Shown in pieces: positions 38,772 through 51,004 of a stretch of 64,000 nt of DNA. The notes beneath the pieces were generated by a model, which was not told where the DNA came from, ran no database searches, and was given only the letters and a program-made list of their open reading frames with translations. Location of the stretch: positions 12,750 to 76,749 of the forward strand of contig JAMCXB010000043.1 of NCBI GenBank assembly GCA_023480735.1. Reading direction: 5' to 3'. Origin of the DNA: Bacteroidota bacterium (GTDB taxonomy: Bacteria; Bacteroidota; Ignavibacteria; Kryptoniales; JAKASW01). Position numbers and translations under genes: made by a program. How positions within the stretch are numbered: position 1 is the first letter of the stretch; every line of letters begins with the position of its first letter.

Positions 38772-39869
38772 ATGTATACGAAGGAAGAGTTGATGCTGCG
38801 ATGCATCAGGCTCGCCGAAAGTGGGAGAGGAAGCGTCAGTCCTAATCCGATGGTTGGATGCGTAATAGTCAGGAACGGGGCTATTGTTGGCGAGGGATTC
38901 CACGGGAAGTTCGGCGAGGCGCATGCCGAGGTAAATGCAATCAACTCCTCGACCCAGGATGTAGCGGGTTCGGACGTGTATGTTAACCTGGAGCCTTGCA
39001 GTTTTTTTGGCAAGACTCCGCCATGCGTCGATTTGCTTATACGTAAACGTGTCAGGAAGGTCTACGTGGGGATGTTTGATCCTAATCCGCTGGTCAACGG
39101 AAAAGGAATCAGGAAGCTGACGGAAGCCGGGATTGAAGTGGAAGTGGGCGTGCTTGAAGAAGAGGCCCGCAAGCTCAACGAAGCCTTTCAGAAATTTATG
39201 ACGAAGAAGCTGCCATTCGTTGTCTTGAAGGTCGCCCAGTCTCTGGACGGAAAAATCGCTCTGTGGAATGGCAAGTCGAAGTACATCACTTCTCACGAAT
39301 CACTAGTAAAGGTCCATGAGCTGCGTTCACGTTATGATGCCGTTCTTGTCGGGGCCGGTACCGTACGCGAAGACGACCCCGAATTAACCGTGCGTTACGC
39401 CGAAGGGCGGTCGCCTGTCAGGATAGTTCTGGACGGCGCCTTATCATCTCCGGTCGATTCGAAGGTTTTTCGGAAGGGACGAACTATAATATTCTATTCT
39501 TCCGTTTCGACTAAGAATTCCAAAGAGGCACAAAAAAGATTGCGAACGTTACAGGAGCAAGGTGTTGAGATGTATCCCTTGAGGAGCGACTCGAAGGGCA
39601 AACTATCAATCCAGAGTGTCCTCAAGCGCACTGCTGAACTTGGGATAGCCTCAGTGATGGTTGAGGGCGGTGGCGATGTGTTTTCGCAATTCATAAGATC
39701 CGGGATGGCCGATAAGCTCCATCTTTTTGTTGCACCGAAGATTCTGGGGAGAGGGAAGAGTTTTGCCGATGGGATTGATTTGAGGAATCTGTCGGAATCG
39801 GTCGAAGTTGACGGCATCGTGATTGAGCAATGCGGCGTCGACCAGCTGTTCACTGGATATTTCAAATAG
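38772..39869 (+). CDS. ribD: bifunctional riboflavin biosynthesis deaminase/reductase
   Basis: Deaminase zinc motifs HAEVNA and EPCSFFGKTPPC. C-terminal reductase domain. 365 aa. Confidence 0.95.
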   Translation: MYTKEELMLRCIRLAESGRGSVSPNPMVGCVIVRNGAIVGEGFHGKFGEAHAEVNAINSSTQDVAGSDVYVNLEPCSFFGKTPPCVDLLIRKRVRKVYVGMFDPNPLVNGKGIRKLTEAGIEVEVGVLEEEARKLNEAFQKFMTKKLPFVVLKVAQSLDGKIALWNGKSKYITSHESLVKVHELRSRYDAVLVGAGTVREDDPELTVRYAEGRSPVRIVLDGALSSPVDSKVFRKGRTIIFYSSVSTKNSKEAQKRLRTLQEQGVEMYPLRSDSKGKLSIQSVLKRTAELGIASVMVEGGGDVFSQFIRSGMADKLHLFVAPKILGRGKSFADGIDLRNLSESVEVDGIVIEQCGVDQLFTGYFK

Positions 39870-39914
39870 AGGAATCCTATTTCACGCTTTTGCCTTACTC
39901 GGGAGGGTTGAGTC

Positions 39915-40505
39915 ATGTTTACGGGAATTATCGAAGAGATTGGAACGATTGAGGAAATAAAGGGTTCGCGGAATGGCGCCCGGAGATTTTACGTAAATTG
40001 CAGTCTCGTTTTAGAAGATTTGAAGATAGGCGACAGCCTGGCAGTGAACGGAGTGTGTTTGACTGTTGTTGAGAAGAACAAAAGCAGGATCTCAGTTGAA
40101 GCGGTTGAAGAAACGATCAAGAAAACAACGCTCGGTAGCTATAAGCCGGGAGACTTTCTGAATCTAGAGCGAGCAGTAAAGGTGAACGACAGGCTTGGCG
40201 GCCATATTGTTCAGGGTCATGTCGATGCAACAGGGAAGGTCGTGTCGATAGAGAAATTGCCGTTGAGTCGAATGTTTAGGTTCAGAATGGCCCGGAGCCT
40301 GATGAAATACGTCATTCCCATGGGGAGCATCGCAATAAACGGCGTGAGCCTGACGGTTGCTGAAAAACTGTCCGACTCTTTTCGAGTGGCGATAATCCCA
40401 CACACTTTCGAAAACACGGTGTTCAAATTCCTGCGCGTCGGAAGTGAGGTCAACATCGAGATCGATATGATTGCAAAGTATATTGAGAGCATAATTAAGA
40501 AGTGA
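39915..40505 (+). CDS. ribE: riboflavin synthase (alpha chain)
   Basis: MFTGIIEEIGTI N-terminus and an internal duplicated barrel (GDSLAVNGVCLTV / GSIAINGVSLTV). Confidence 0.95.
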   Translation: MFTGIIEEIGTIEEIKGSRNGARRFYVNCSLVLEDLKIGDSLAVNGVCLTVVEKNKSRISVEAVEETIKKTTLGSYKPGDFLNLERAVKVNDRLGGHIVQGHVDATGKVVSIEKLPLSRMFRFRMARSLMKYVIPMGSIAINGVSLTVAEKLSDSFRVAIIPHTFENTVFKFLRVGSEVNIEIDMIAKYIESIIKK

Positions 40506-40506
40506 C

Positions 40507-41253
40507 ATGGCAAGAAAGATATTTTATCGTATACCCGACAATGGCGAGAATTTTATTTCTGATGAGGAATGGGAATCAATTCGTTCCCTTCAGAACTGGT
40601 ACAACTCTGAATTCTTCTGGACCGGCGGAAAGATCGACCTGAGGCGATTTCTCGTGTTTCCGAACTACGATTCAATCGGCAATGATACTTCAGAAATACG
40701 AAAGAGATTCTCAGAGCTCGGAAAGGCTGGGTATTCCGAGGTGGAAATGGTAAGTGAGCTGGAGGCCAGAGGGTTGATCATAGTCAAGCGAGGCGGATAT
40801 GAGGACGGCATGATTGCCAGCGGCTTCACAAGAGTGGCGGACAATGAGTTTAATGCCTTTCTGGTCCTCGATTTCCTCCTCAAAGTGTCCCGCATGGCTC
40901 CCACCGCCAGGATCAGTGTGTTCGATGAGGGAAGCTTTGTCAAGACTCATTCCGTCAGTCTGGTCAACGGCGACGGAGAGTTAAGAGCTGCGGATTTAGA
41001 ACCTCAAACCCTGGATGAAATCAGGGCGACGAGACGGGTTTTTGCCGTTGTGAACCCGGATAAATACGACGGGCACCCCGAATTCACGAATTGTGTTATT
41101 GAATTCAACGAGCTTTTGCCGGACGAACGAGCGAAAGTTGTCGAAGACTGGAACTGGCTCGGATACGAGAGCAAAGCTGATTTTGATTTCAATGGTGACG
41201 ACTTTTTCGGATTCGACTTGAACCGGAAGCTGTGTCATTTGTTTTTCAAGTAA
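40507..41253 (+). CDS. hypothetical cytoplasmic protein, 248 aa, no recognisable family
   Basis: ATG 1 nt after the ribE stop. Coding-like composition throughout. No signal peptide, TM segment or motif that I recognise. Confidence 0.6.
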   Translation: MARKIFYRIPDNGENFISDEEWESIRSLQNWYNSEFFWTGGKIDLRRFLVFPNYDSIGNDTSEIRKRFSELGKAGYSEVEMVSELEARGLIIVKRGGYEDGMIASGFTRVADNEFNAFLVLDFLLKVSRMAPTARISVFDEGSFVKTHSVSLVNGDGELRAADLEPQTLDEIRATRRVFAVVNPDKYDGHPEFTNCVIEFNELLPDERAKVVEDWNWLGYESKADFDFNGDDFFGFDLNRKLCHLFFK

Positions 41254-41266
41254 AGAGGAGGAAGAA

Positions 41267-41794
41267 ATGGTGAGAAGATTCCTATCGCCGATGCTGATGA
41301 TTTTCCTGGGTATTACTGTAAGCGCCAGCGCTAAGATCACTGTCAAGGTCGGAGAAATTGCCCCGAACTTCACACTGAGAGGAAGTGACGGGCGTTTGCA
41401 TTCGTTGAATCAGTTCAGAGGTCAGTACGTCGTACTGTACTTCTATCCGAAGGACGAGACTCCGGGTTGCACGACGGAGGCATGTAATTTCAGAGACCAC
41501 ATCTCGGCAATCACTAGGGACGGAGCGAAAGTGATTGGAGTGAGTGTCCAGACGGTCAAATCGCACAAGGCGTTCATTAAGAAATACGATTTGACCTTCC
41601 TGTTGCTTGCAGATCCTCAGCACAAGGTGGTAAGCGAATATGGGGTCTACAATAAGAAATGGGATATGGCGAACAGGGTCACATTTCTTATAAATCCCCG
41701 GGGAAGAATCGTGAAAATTTATCGCGATGTAGATCCGAAAATTCATGCGAAGCAAGTTCTTGAAGAGCTAGCCACGCTTCGGACCAAACACTGA
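41267..41794 (+). CDS. bcp: thioredoxin-dependent peroxiredoxin (Bcp-type) with a signal peptide
   Basis: SD GAGGAGGAAG. FYPKDETPGCTTEAC peroxidatic-Cys motif. Hydrophobic N-terminus. Confidence 0.9.
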   Translation: MVRRFLSPMLMIFLGITVSASAKITVKVGEIAPNFTLRGSDGRLHSLNQFRGQYVVLYFYPKDETPGCTTEACNFRDHISAITRDGAKVIGVSVQTVKSHKAFIKKYDLTFLLLADPQHKVVSEYGVYNKKWDMANRVTFLINPRGRIVKIYRDVDPKIHAKQVLEELATLRTKH

Positions 41795-41811
41795 AATAAA
41801 GAACACTTATG

Positions 41812-41846
41812 AGCTGTTTGTCTACGGAGTCAGACAGCTTTTTTTA
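41812..41846 (+). terminator. terminator candidate after bcp
   Basis: agct..gtct / agac-agct interrupted stem followed by a T7 run. It lies inside the ORF-track extension of the next gene. Confidence 0.5.
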
Positions 41847-41859
41847 CCAGGGAGTGGAA

Positions 41860-42219
41860 ATGTATCCAGCGCAGTTTAAGAAACTGAACGACTCAGAAAT
41901 CTTCATCAAATGGGACGACGGCAGTGAGTTCACTTTAAGCATGAAGTATCTTCGTGACAAGTGTCCGTGCGCGTCTTGTGCCGGCGAATCGGTACTCTGG
42001 CGGGAGTATAAACCAACGACACTTCCGGTTCTAACACCCGGCAAGTATAACCTGAAGTCCGCCGAGATCGTCGGGAACTATGCTATAGCGTTGACATGGG
42101 TGGACGGCCACAACACCGGGCTGTATGCGTTCGATTACCTGAAGAAGATATGCGGTGAATACGGAAAGGCGGCTACCGCAATCGGAGATGCGGGGAAGAA
42201 GGAAGGGAGTACCTACTGA
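41860..42219 (+). CDS. DUF971-family protein (gamma-butyrobetaine-hydroxylase-like N-terminal domain)
   Basis: ATG behind GGGAGTGGA. IKWDDGSEFTLSMKYLRDKCPCASC...NYAIALTWVDGHNTGLYAFDYL. Confidence 0.7.
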   Translation: MYPAQFKKLNDSEIFIKWDDGSEFTLSMKYLRDKCPCASCAGESVLWREYKPTTLPVLTPGKYNLKSAEIVGNYAIALTWVDGHNTGLYAFDYLKKICGEYGKAATAIGDAGKKEGSTY

Positions 42220-42281
42220 AACTTGTGACTATGCCGGGTGCATGAGTTGCTGCGTTATTCGGGGAAGAAGTCTCGTAGGAT

Positions 42282-42325
42282 AAAAAAAAAGGGAAGGCGG
42301 CCGCCGTTCGGCTAAACCGTCTTCC
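42282..42325 (-). terminator. rho-independent terminator of htrA (minus strand)
   Basis: On the minus strand: stem ggaagacgg / ccgccttcc followed by T9 (the A-run at 42282-42290 on the plus strand). Confidence 0.7.
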
Positions 42326-42350
42326 TCTTATTGGGGGAGTGGAGCAAAAC

Positions 42351-43889
42351 TTACTTCTTAGGTATTTCCAGCGCGAGATAAGCACTTAGTTTTGATGTAG
42401 TAGTGACTCTGAACAGAAGTGCATCTCCGGGTTTGCGAGACTTGACTATCTTCTTCAGCTCGTCTGCCGTCTTAACGGGCTCGTTGTCGACGCTTGTAAT
42501 GAGGTCGCCTTTTTGGATCCCGCGGTTTTCCGCTTCGCTGCCAGGTGTGACGCCTGTAACGAGCACCCCATACTTCTTGCCGTACTTTTCTGTTGTGGCT
42601 TTATCGGCATCCTGTACGGACAATCCTAGTGAATTCAAATTTGCCGAGACGGATGGAGACGAGGTATTAACCGCAAATTGCGCTCCACTTCTGGCTTCGA
42701 GTACTACAGTCTTTTCCTCCTTTTTCCCATCACGTAAAATTTGAACCGTGGCCTTGTCTCCAGGCTGTTTCGATGCCACCAGAGCCTGCAGCTGGTTTCC
42801 GTGCTCGATCTCCGTGCCGTCGAACTTGAGTATAACGTCGCCTGATTTTATACCTGCCTTCTCAGCCGGCGAATTGCTCTCGATGGACTGTACTATCACA
42901 CCATGTGCGGTTTTCATTCCAAGTGCCTTCGCCATGGTCTGGTCGATATCCTGAATCTGAACGCCTATATAAGGCCGGATTATCTTACCGTGTTCTATTA
43001 GATCCGTCGCGACTTCCTTTGCGATATTTATTGGGATCGCGAAACCATATCCTTCATACGAACCAGTGTTTGTAGCTATTGCTGTATTTATTCCGATTAC
43101 CTGGCCGTGGAGGTTGACAAGCGGTCCTCCGCTGTTTCCGGGGTTGATAACCGCGTCGGTCTGAATGAAATCCTCAATGCCGTATTGGTTGCGAATGATT
43201 CCTATGTTCCGGCCGAGCGCGCTGACGATTCCCTGGGTTACTGTGTAATCCAAACCAAATGGATTTCCAATTGCAACGACCCATTCTCCTACGTGAGCAC
43301 TATCTGAATTTCCTAAGGACACATACGGCAGGTCATGGCCATCTATTTTAACGACGGCTATATCCGTAGTCGGATCCCGTCCGATCAGCTTCGCGCGATA
43401 GGTTCTCCTGTTCAGCAAGGTAACCTTTATTCCGTCGTGGTCTGCACCCTGAACAACGTGGTTGTTGGTGATGATATAGCCGTCCGGATTAACAATTATC
43501 CCTGATCCTAAGGCAACCTCTGGTTCCGGCTTAGGACTGGGCATATTGAAATTGTGAAAAGGGAAGTTAGGACCGAAGAAGAATTTGAACAGATCACCGT
43601 TCGGCGAACTCTCTCCGTTCGGCACATTGACGGCTTGAGGTGTCGAAGTAACCTTTATCTGTACTACTGCCGGAGTGACTGCCTTCGCGACTGAAATGAA
43701 TGCATTGCTCAATTGCTCAACCGCGGGAGGCATTTGTGTTATGGGGGGCTTTTCTGCCCCGAGTTCCACATGCTTGACTGTCCCTCCGATCTTTCCATAT
43801 GTCAGGCCCATTGTCAAGACAAACAGTGCGGCGATTAGACCAAGAGCTCCGATTCCGTAAATAAGTTTTCTTTTAATTAAATCAGCCAT
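42351..43889 (-). CDS. htrA: periplasmic serine endoprotease, DegP/HtrA family with two PDZ domains
   Basis: ATG 43889 behind AAGGAGAA. Triad contexts TNNHVV and GNSGGPLVN. Two PDZ-like repeats (GDVILKFDG..., GDLITSVDN...). Confidence 0.9.
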   Translation of the reverse strand: MADLIKRKLIYGIGALGLIAALFVLTMGLTYGKIGGTVKHVELGAEKPPITQMPPAVEQLSNAFISVAKAVTPAVVQIKVTSTPQAVNVPNGESSPNGDLFKFFFGPNFPFHNFNMPSPKPEPEVALGSGIIVNPDGYIITNNHVVQGADHDGIKVTLLNRRTYRAKLIGRDPTTDIAVVKIDGHDLPYVSLGNSDSAHVGEWVVAIGNPFGLDYTVTQGIVSALGRNIGIIRNQYGIEDFIQTDAVINPGNSGGPLVNLHGQVIGINTAIATNTGSYEGYGFAIPINIAKEVATDLIEHGKIIRPYIGVQIQDIDQTMAKALGMKTAHGVIVQSIESNSPAEKAGIKSGDVILKFDGTEIEHGNQLQALVASKQPGDKATVQILRDGKKEEKTVVLEARSGAQFAVNTSSPSVSANLNSLGLSVQDADKATTEKYGKKYGVLVTGVTPGSEAENRGIQKGDLITSVDNEPVKTADELKKIVKSRKPGDALLFRVTTTSKLSAYLALEIPKK

Positions 43890-44009
43890 TTTCAGTTCTC
43901 CTTTTTTCTGGGAATAATATTGCAACGGGTGCATGAATCGGCAATTAAAACGAAATGAAAAGATTTTCACGGGAGGATGGTGTGTCGGCAAGCGGGGACG
44001 CACACTTAA

Positions 44010-45904
<1,895 letters not shown>

Positions 45905-45992
45905 CTTCGGGTTAATCATTCTACTTCGTGTCTTTTTTCCTTTCTTGTTTGGAATCCCATCCAAACTTAAATTTAGCCGAAGAGGAGAAATT

Positions 45993-47726
45993 GTGTATAA
46001 GTTTGCTGTCATTGCCCTGGTCATATCCACGTTAGCGATTGGCGGATGCTCTACTACTAAAGAGACACTGAAGCAGGGAGCTGATAAAACATCGCAGCCC
46101 GATCTGATCGCACTGGATCCCAATTATCGGGCAGCCATGGATCATTTCATCGACGGAAATCTGAACGACGTAGTGGGAGATTATGCGAACGCCATACTTG
46201 ATTATCAGGATGCGCTGCGCCACTACCGTGCGCCGGCAATACTCGATGCCATGGCACATGATTATGTCAGACTCGGAAAGTCGGAGATAGCTATCGGCGA
46301 AGCCCGACAGGCTGTGGATCTTAGTCCGGATAACATAAACTACCGGAGGACTCTGGCACAGGCGTATCTATCGGTTTTTAACATAGACAGCGCGAGAGTG
46401 CAATTCTCGAAGATCCTCTCGATCGACAGCACTCAGGTTGGAGATATGTTGGTCCTGGCGCAGTTGTACCAGAAGGATGATCCTAAGGAAGCGGCGGCGT
46501 TGTACGAAAGGGCTCTCAATCTGACCGGTCCCGATCTCCCGACGATGATGCAACTGGTTCAGTTGTATAATTCGACTGAACAGTACGACAAGTCCATCCG
46601 CGTCATTAAGGAAATGATTCAGGTGGATCCGACGAATATGAAGTTGAAAGAAATGCTTTCGCGCCTTTACCTGCAGACGGGGAAGAATGCCGATGCCATA
46701 AGTGTGCTCGATAGATTGATGAAAGAGGATACGAGTGACTTTAACCTGAAGGCGCTAGCTGCTACTGCATATCTGCGTATGAACGATTTTGCGCACGCAG
46801 ACAGCCTTCTTGATACGATATTCACTTCCGACTCGAGCAGGGCCGATGCAAAATTTGCAATCGGTCAGTTTTACCTCGATGAAATGCGGCGCGATTCGGC
46901 TGTGATCCCTTTTGCGGAACAGATTTTTCATAGGCTTCTTGCTCTCTACCCCGGCGATGCGAGGTCATATCTAATGGCAGGGCTGGGCGCCTCTTACGCC
47001 AACAACGACTCCCTCGCTGAAAAATACCTCGAGAAATCGGTGGAGATAGACTCGACGAATCAGAATGCCTGGGAGGCAATTGCAGTCTTCTATTTCCAGC
47101 ACAACGATTTTTCCAAAATGGCGGACGCAATGTCGAGAGCCGTGCGGATTTTTCCTGATGATTTCAGAATAAACCTGTTTTACGGACTCGCGCTTAACCG
47201 GTCCGGTGACAATGCGGATGCGGTGAAGCCGCTCAAGGAGGCCGTCTCCTTGAAACCGACCGACATGGATGCCTTGAGCACGCTTGCCCTGGTCTATGAA
47301 TCATTGAATAGATATGATGATGCGTACAGGATCTACGAGACTGCCCTGAAGGTCGATGGAAAGAACTCTCTGATATTGAACAATTACGCTTACAGCCTTT
47401 CGGAGCGGGGTCTTCATCTGCATAAGGCATTAGAGATGGCACGGCTTGCCGTTGACCTGGACCCCAGCAACAGCGCCTACCTGGACACGATGGGATGGGT
47501 CTATTATAAATTGGCAGATTATAAGAGGGCCGAGATGTATGTCGAGAAAGCGTTGTCGATGAGGAAACCTTCCGACGGATCACCGGCGACGCTGGAGGAA
47601 CACCTGGGTGACATCTACGCAAAAATGGGGAAAGAAAAACAGGCGGTGGAACACTGGAAGAAAGCTCTCCAATTGGATCCCGGTAATGAATCTATTAAAG
47701 AAAAGATTGCGAAAGTGAAGATTTGA
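45993..47726 (+). CDS. TPR-repeat lipoprotein
   Basis: GTG 45993 behind AGGAGA. Lipobox LAIGGC. Many TPR-like repeats (...A...Y......A...Y..AL..P). Confidence 0.75.
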   Translation: MYKFAVIALVISTLAIGGCSTTKETLKQGADKTSQPDLIALDPNYRAAMDHFIDGNLNDVVGDYANAILDYQDALRHYRAPAILDAMAHDYVRLGKSEIAIGEARQAVDLSPDNINYRRTLAQAYLSVFNIDSARVQFSKILSIDSTQVGDMLVLAQLYQKDDPKEAAALYERALNLTGPDLPTMMQLVQLYNSTEQYDKSIRVIKEMIQVDPTNMKLKEMLSRLYLQTGKNADAISVLDRLMKEDTSDFNLKALAATAYLRMNDFAHADSLLDTIFTSDSSRADAKFAIGQFYLDEMRRDSAVIPFAEQIFHRLLALYPGDARSYLMAGLGASYANNDSLAEKYLEKSVEIDSTNQNAWEAIAVFYFQHNDFSKMADAMSRAVRIFPDDFRINLFYGLALNRSGDNADAVKPLKEAVSLKPTDMDALSTLALVYESLNRYDDAYRIYETALKVDGKNSLILNNYAYSLSERGLHLHKALEMARLAVDLDPSNSAYLDTMGWVYYKLADYKRAEMYVEKALSMRKPSDGSPATLEEHLGDIYAKMGKEKQAVEHWKKALQLDPGNESIKEKIAKVKI

Positions 47727-48484
47727 ACCGCCTTCTTCCTCTCTTTGCGGCTGCTGTTTTCCTTGCAGGGTGTGCCACAACGTCTTACATGAATCTGACA
47801 AACGTCTCGGCAGTACAGGTCGCCGCGAATATAGAGAGTCAGTCTCGTTCCCTGAAGTATTTCTCTTCGAGCGGGTACGGAAACTTCGAGACCAAGGACG
47901 GAGCTTACAGCGCCAGATTTGACCTATCTGTCCGGAGACCCTCTTCTGCATATGTGAGTCTCTACGGTCCATTCGGAATAAAAGTGATGCAGGTGAAACT
48001 GACGGCCGACTCGCTCCTGGTTTATAACAGCATGCGAAACGAAGTCTTTGTAGCGAGACCGACCGAAGACAATCTTAGAAACTTGCTGATGATCGCCTCA
48101 AACGGCGCTTCTCTTACCGATCTTCTTCTCGATCTCATGACGCCGGTCAGCCATCTTGACGGCCCCCGCTGTTCATCACATGCCAGCGGAAACGTTGTCA
48201 GTTACACTTATGTGAATGAAGACACGGTTGAGAAGTATACAGTCGACGGGGCGTACATGCGCACCAGAGACTACGAGAAGCTGGTAAACGGGGAAACGGT
48301 AATGAAGATCGGCTATTCGGATTTCACGAGCATCAATGATATGTACTTCCCCCGAAGCGTATCCTTTCAGGATACGAAACGTGGAATTTCTGCCAAACTG
48401 TTTTACCAGGACATCACATTGAATCACAAAGGCAGAGTTGATTTTACCGTACCGTCTGATGCGAAGAAAGTTATTATATATTAG
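47723..48484 (+). CDS. LolB-like/DUF4292-like outer-membrane lipoprotein
   Basis: TTG start overlaps the TPR stop. Lipobox VFLAGC. Sits between the TPR and M23 genes, an arrangement I recall from Bacteroidota. Confidence 0.55.
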   Translation: MNRLLPLFAAAVFLAGCATTSYMNLTNVSAVQVAANIESQSRSLKYFSSSGYGNFETKDGAYSARFDLSVRRPSSAYVSLYGPFGIKVMQVKLTADSLLVYNSMRNEVFVARPTEDNLRNLLMIASNGASLTDLLLDLMTPVSHLDGPRCSSHASGNVVSYTYVNEDTVEKYTVDGAYMRTRDYEKLVNGETVMKIGYSDFTSINDMYFPRSVSFQDTKRGISAKLFYQDITLNHKGRVDFTVPSDAKKVIIY

Positions 48485-49679
48485 TGCTTGGGCACTCCTG
48501 GTGTCATGTGTCGCCTCGTCTTTGGCATCGATGTCTTTCGGCCAGGATAAGCGCAAATTGAACACAAAGAAGCAGGAACTCAACAGACTTCGCGGGAATA
48601 TAAAACTGTACGAACGTAAGATTGCCGAAAGCAATAAGAAGGAGACGACTTCGCTTGGGGCACTCGACCTATTGGAAAGACAGAACCTGAAAGCAAGGCA
48701 GATGATAAAGAAGATCTCTGATGACATGGCAAAGAATTCGAATCTGATTGACGGGGTTGAGGGGAAAATAAGCGAAGCCTCAACGAAGCTGGACGATCTG
48801 AGGGGCGAATACGCCAGGTTCGCACGAGCCTTCTACGAGCAGGGGAGAATGCACGATCTGGAACTGATACTCACGGCGTCGTCAGTTAACGAGATGCTTG
48901 TTAGGTACGAGTATCTCAAGAGATTTTCGGACCAGACTAAGGTCGATTTGAATTCAATAAGCTCCGAGAAAGCAAAGCTGTCGGACTTGAGAGAACAGCT
49001 TCATCAGCAGATGGCAAAGCAGCAGTCTTATCTCGGCCGGAAGAGATCAGAGGAAAAAATGTTGGCCTCAAGAATTGTCGAGCATCGGCGGCTAATCGGC
49101 AGGCTGAGGAAAGATAAGAAGGTTTATGCGCAGCAGCTCAGAAGGTCGCAGAACGCAGCTGCCGAATTGGAAAGACTGATTCGGAATCTGATTGCAGCAG
49201 AATCCGGTAGGAAGAGGGAAGAGAGAAACGCCACAAGACGTCCTCCGGCAAGTCCCTCTGCGATTTTTTCAAGAACTCTTTCCACACTGAAAGGGCATCT
49301 TCCCTGGCCTGTGGTCGGCGGGCGAGTCGTTGCCAAGTTCGGAGAACATGAGAATCCAGTGCTGAAGACCGTGACCCTGAACTACGGTATAGATATCTCA
49401 GTTCCTGAGAATACCCAGGTGAGAAGTGTGGCGGATGGCCAGGTGTCAAGAATATTCTGGCTGCCGTCGTACGGCAACCTCATCATCATCAACAACTATA
49501 ACGGACTTAGGACAGTGTACTCTCATCTCTCTGATATTTTCGTGAAGGAGGGAGACAAAGTCAAAGCCGATGAGCCTATCGGTACTGTCGGGGAATCTTT
49601 GAGTGGATCCATACTACATTTTGAAGTGTGGGTAAACACTAACAAACAGGATCCGGAGACGTGGCTAAGCAAAAGGTAA
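48459..49679 (+). CDS. M23-family peptidase / murein hydrolase activator (EnvC-like)
   Basis: Signal peptide, long coiled-coil N-half, and a C-terminal LytM domain (GIDISVPENTQVRSVADG...YSHLS...GSILHFEVW). Confidence 0.85.
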   Translation: MRRKLLYISAWALLVSCVASSLASMSFGQDKRKLNTKKQELNRLRGNIKLYERKIAESNKKETTSLGALDLLERQNLKARQMIKKISDDMAKNSNLIDGVEGKISEASTKLDDLRGEYARFARAFYEQGRMHDLELILTASSVNEMLVRYEYLKRFSDQTKVDLNSISSEKAKLSDLREQLHQQMAKQQSYLGRKRSEEKMLASRIVEHRRLIGRLRKDKKVYAQQLRRSQNAAAELERLIRNLIAAESGRKREERNATRRPPASPSAIFSRTLSTLKGHLPWPVVGGRVVAKFGEHENPVLKTVTLNYGIDISVPENTQVRSVADGQVSRIFWLPSYGNLIIINNYNGLRTVYSHLSDIFVKEGDKVKADEPIGTVGESLSGSILHFEVWVNTNKQDPETWLSKR

Positions 49680-50965
49680 ACTCAATACCGGGCGGAATGC
49701 GCTTTTTGTATTCCTATGTGTTCGTACCTTTGACGCATCTGTTCTTTTTCGTCAGCTCTCTCTTCAATAAGAAGATGCGGCGCGGTTTCGTGGGACGAAA
49801 AAGCCTTTTCGGGGAGCTTAACAAGAAGATGTCCGGTGTTCCCGAAGGAAACCGGATATGGTTCCATGCGTCGTCTTTCGGCGAATTTGAACAGGCAAAG
49901 CCGATCATCGAAATTCTCAGGCAGGCCGGTTACAGGATCATAGTCTCGCTTTTTTCCCCCTCCGGCTACGATTACTCCAGGAACTATCCGAATGCCGATG
50001 TGATTACGTATATCCCGCTGGACAGTCCCGGGAACGCAAGGAAATTCGTCTCTCTCGTCAAGCCTTGCGTAGTGGTCATTATGAGATATGATCTCTGGCT
50101 TAATCATCTGATTGCTGCCAAGGAATTTGGGGCGAAAGTAGTGATAGCAGACGCGACTTTCCCTGTGAAGTTGCTGCAGCGTGCCGATTTCCTGAAGAAG
50201 TTCTTCCGAAAGTTATACGGCCTATCTGATTTGATCCTGACCACTACCTCTGAACACCAGAAGATGTTTGACTTCTTTCTCGGCTCGAAGAGAGCGGCCG
50301 TCGTCGGCGACACTCGATTCGATCGTGTTTACGGCCGCCGTGCTGCTAACAATATATCCGAGAAAATTCCGTTCGTTCTAAATGACCCGAAGAAAATCGT
50401 TGTCGTTCTCGGCAGCACATGGCGGCAAGACACTGACATACTTGCTCCCGGGTTGAACAGGCTGTCGAAGAGGTGTACTTCGCTTACGGTCCTGGTCGTG
50501 CCGCATGAGCCGACATCAGAAGAGGTGGGACGGCTTCGGCTACAATTTCCTACGGCCAGGGTAATGTCCGAAATTGGCGCGGGGGAGGGTGAGTTCTCTT
50601 TTCTGATCGTAGACAGGGTGGGTATACTCTCTCAACTCTATGTGTTAGGAGATGTGGCCTACGTGGGTGGAGGGTTTGGTGCCGGTGTGCACAACGTTCT
50701 TGAACCGGCTGTTTATGGAATACCGGTGATTACGGGGCCTCGCATCGAGCGCTCAGATGAGGCGATTCAACTTATGCAGACCGGGGCGCTCTTCTTCGTG
50801 AAGGATTCCGCCGGTGCATATAGGGTCCTTTCGAAAATGGTGGAGGACAGCGTGGCGAGAAAGAGCGCGGGGAATATTGCGAAGAGTTTTGTAGACAAGC
50901 ATCTCGGCGCCTCGTTAGTTGTTGCGGAGAAGGTGATGGAATTTTGTGATGGAAAAATAGTGTAG
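49661..50965 (+). CDS. waaA: 3-deoxy-D-manno-octulosonic acid (Kdo) transferase
   Basis: IWFHASSFGEFEQAKPIIE... motif typical of KdtA and a C-terminal ...GGGFGAGVHNVLEPA... Start could be GTG 49661 or ATG 49697. Confidence 0.85.
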   Translation: MAKQKVNSIPGGMRFLYSYVFVPLTHLFFFVSSLFNKKMRRGFVGRKSLFGELNKKMSGVPEGNRIWFHASSFGEFEQAKPIIEILRQAGYRIIVSLFSPSGYDYSRNYPNADVITYIPLDSPGNARKFVSLVKPCVVVIMRYDLWLNHLIAAKEFGAKVVIADATFPVKLLQRADFLKKFFRKLYGLSDLILTTTSEHQKMFDFFLGSKRAAVVGDTRFDRVYGRRAANNISEKIPFVLNDPKKIVVVLGSTWRQDTDILAPGLNRLSKRCTSLTVLVVPHEPTSEEVGRLRLQFPTARVMSEIGAGEGEFSFLIVDRVGILSQLYVLGDVAYVGGGFGAGVHNVLEPAVYGIPVITGPRIERSDEAIQLMQTGALFFVKDSAGAYRVLSKMVEDSVARKSAGNIAKSFVDKHLGASLVVAEKVMEFCDGKIV

Positions 50966-51004
50966 AATTTTCCTGGGGGAGTTCCTAAATTGCTCAGTCA
51001 GTCA

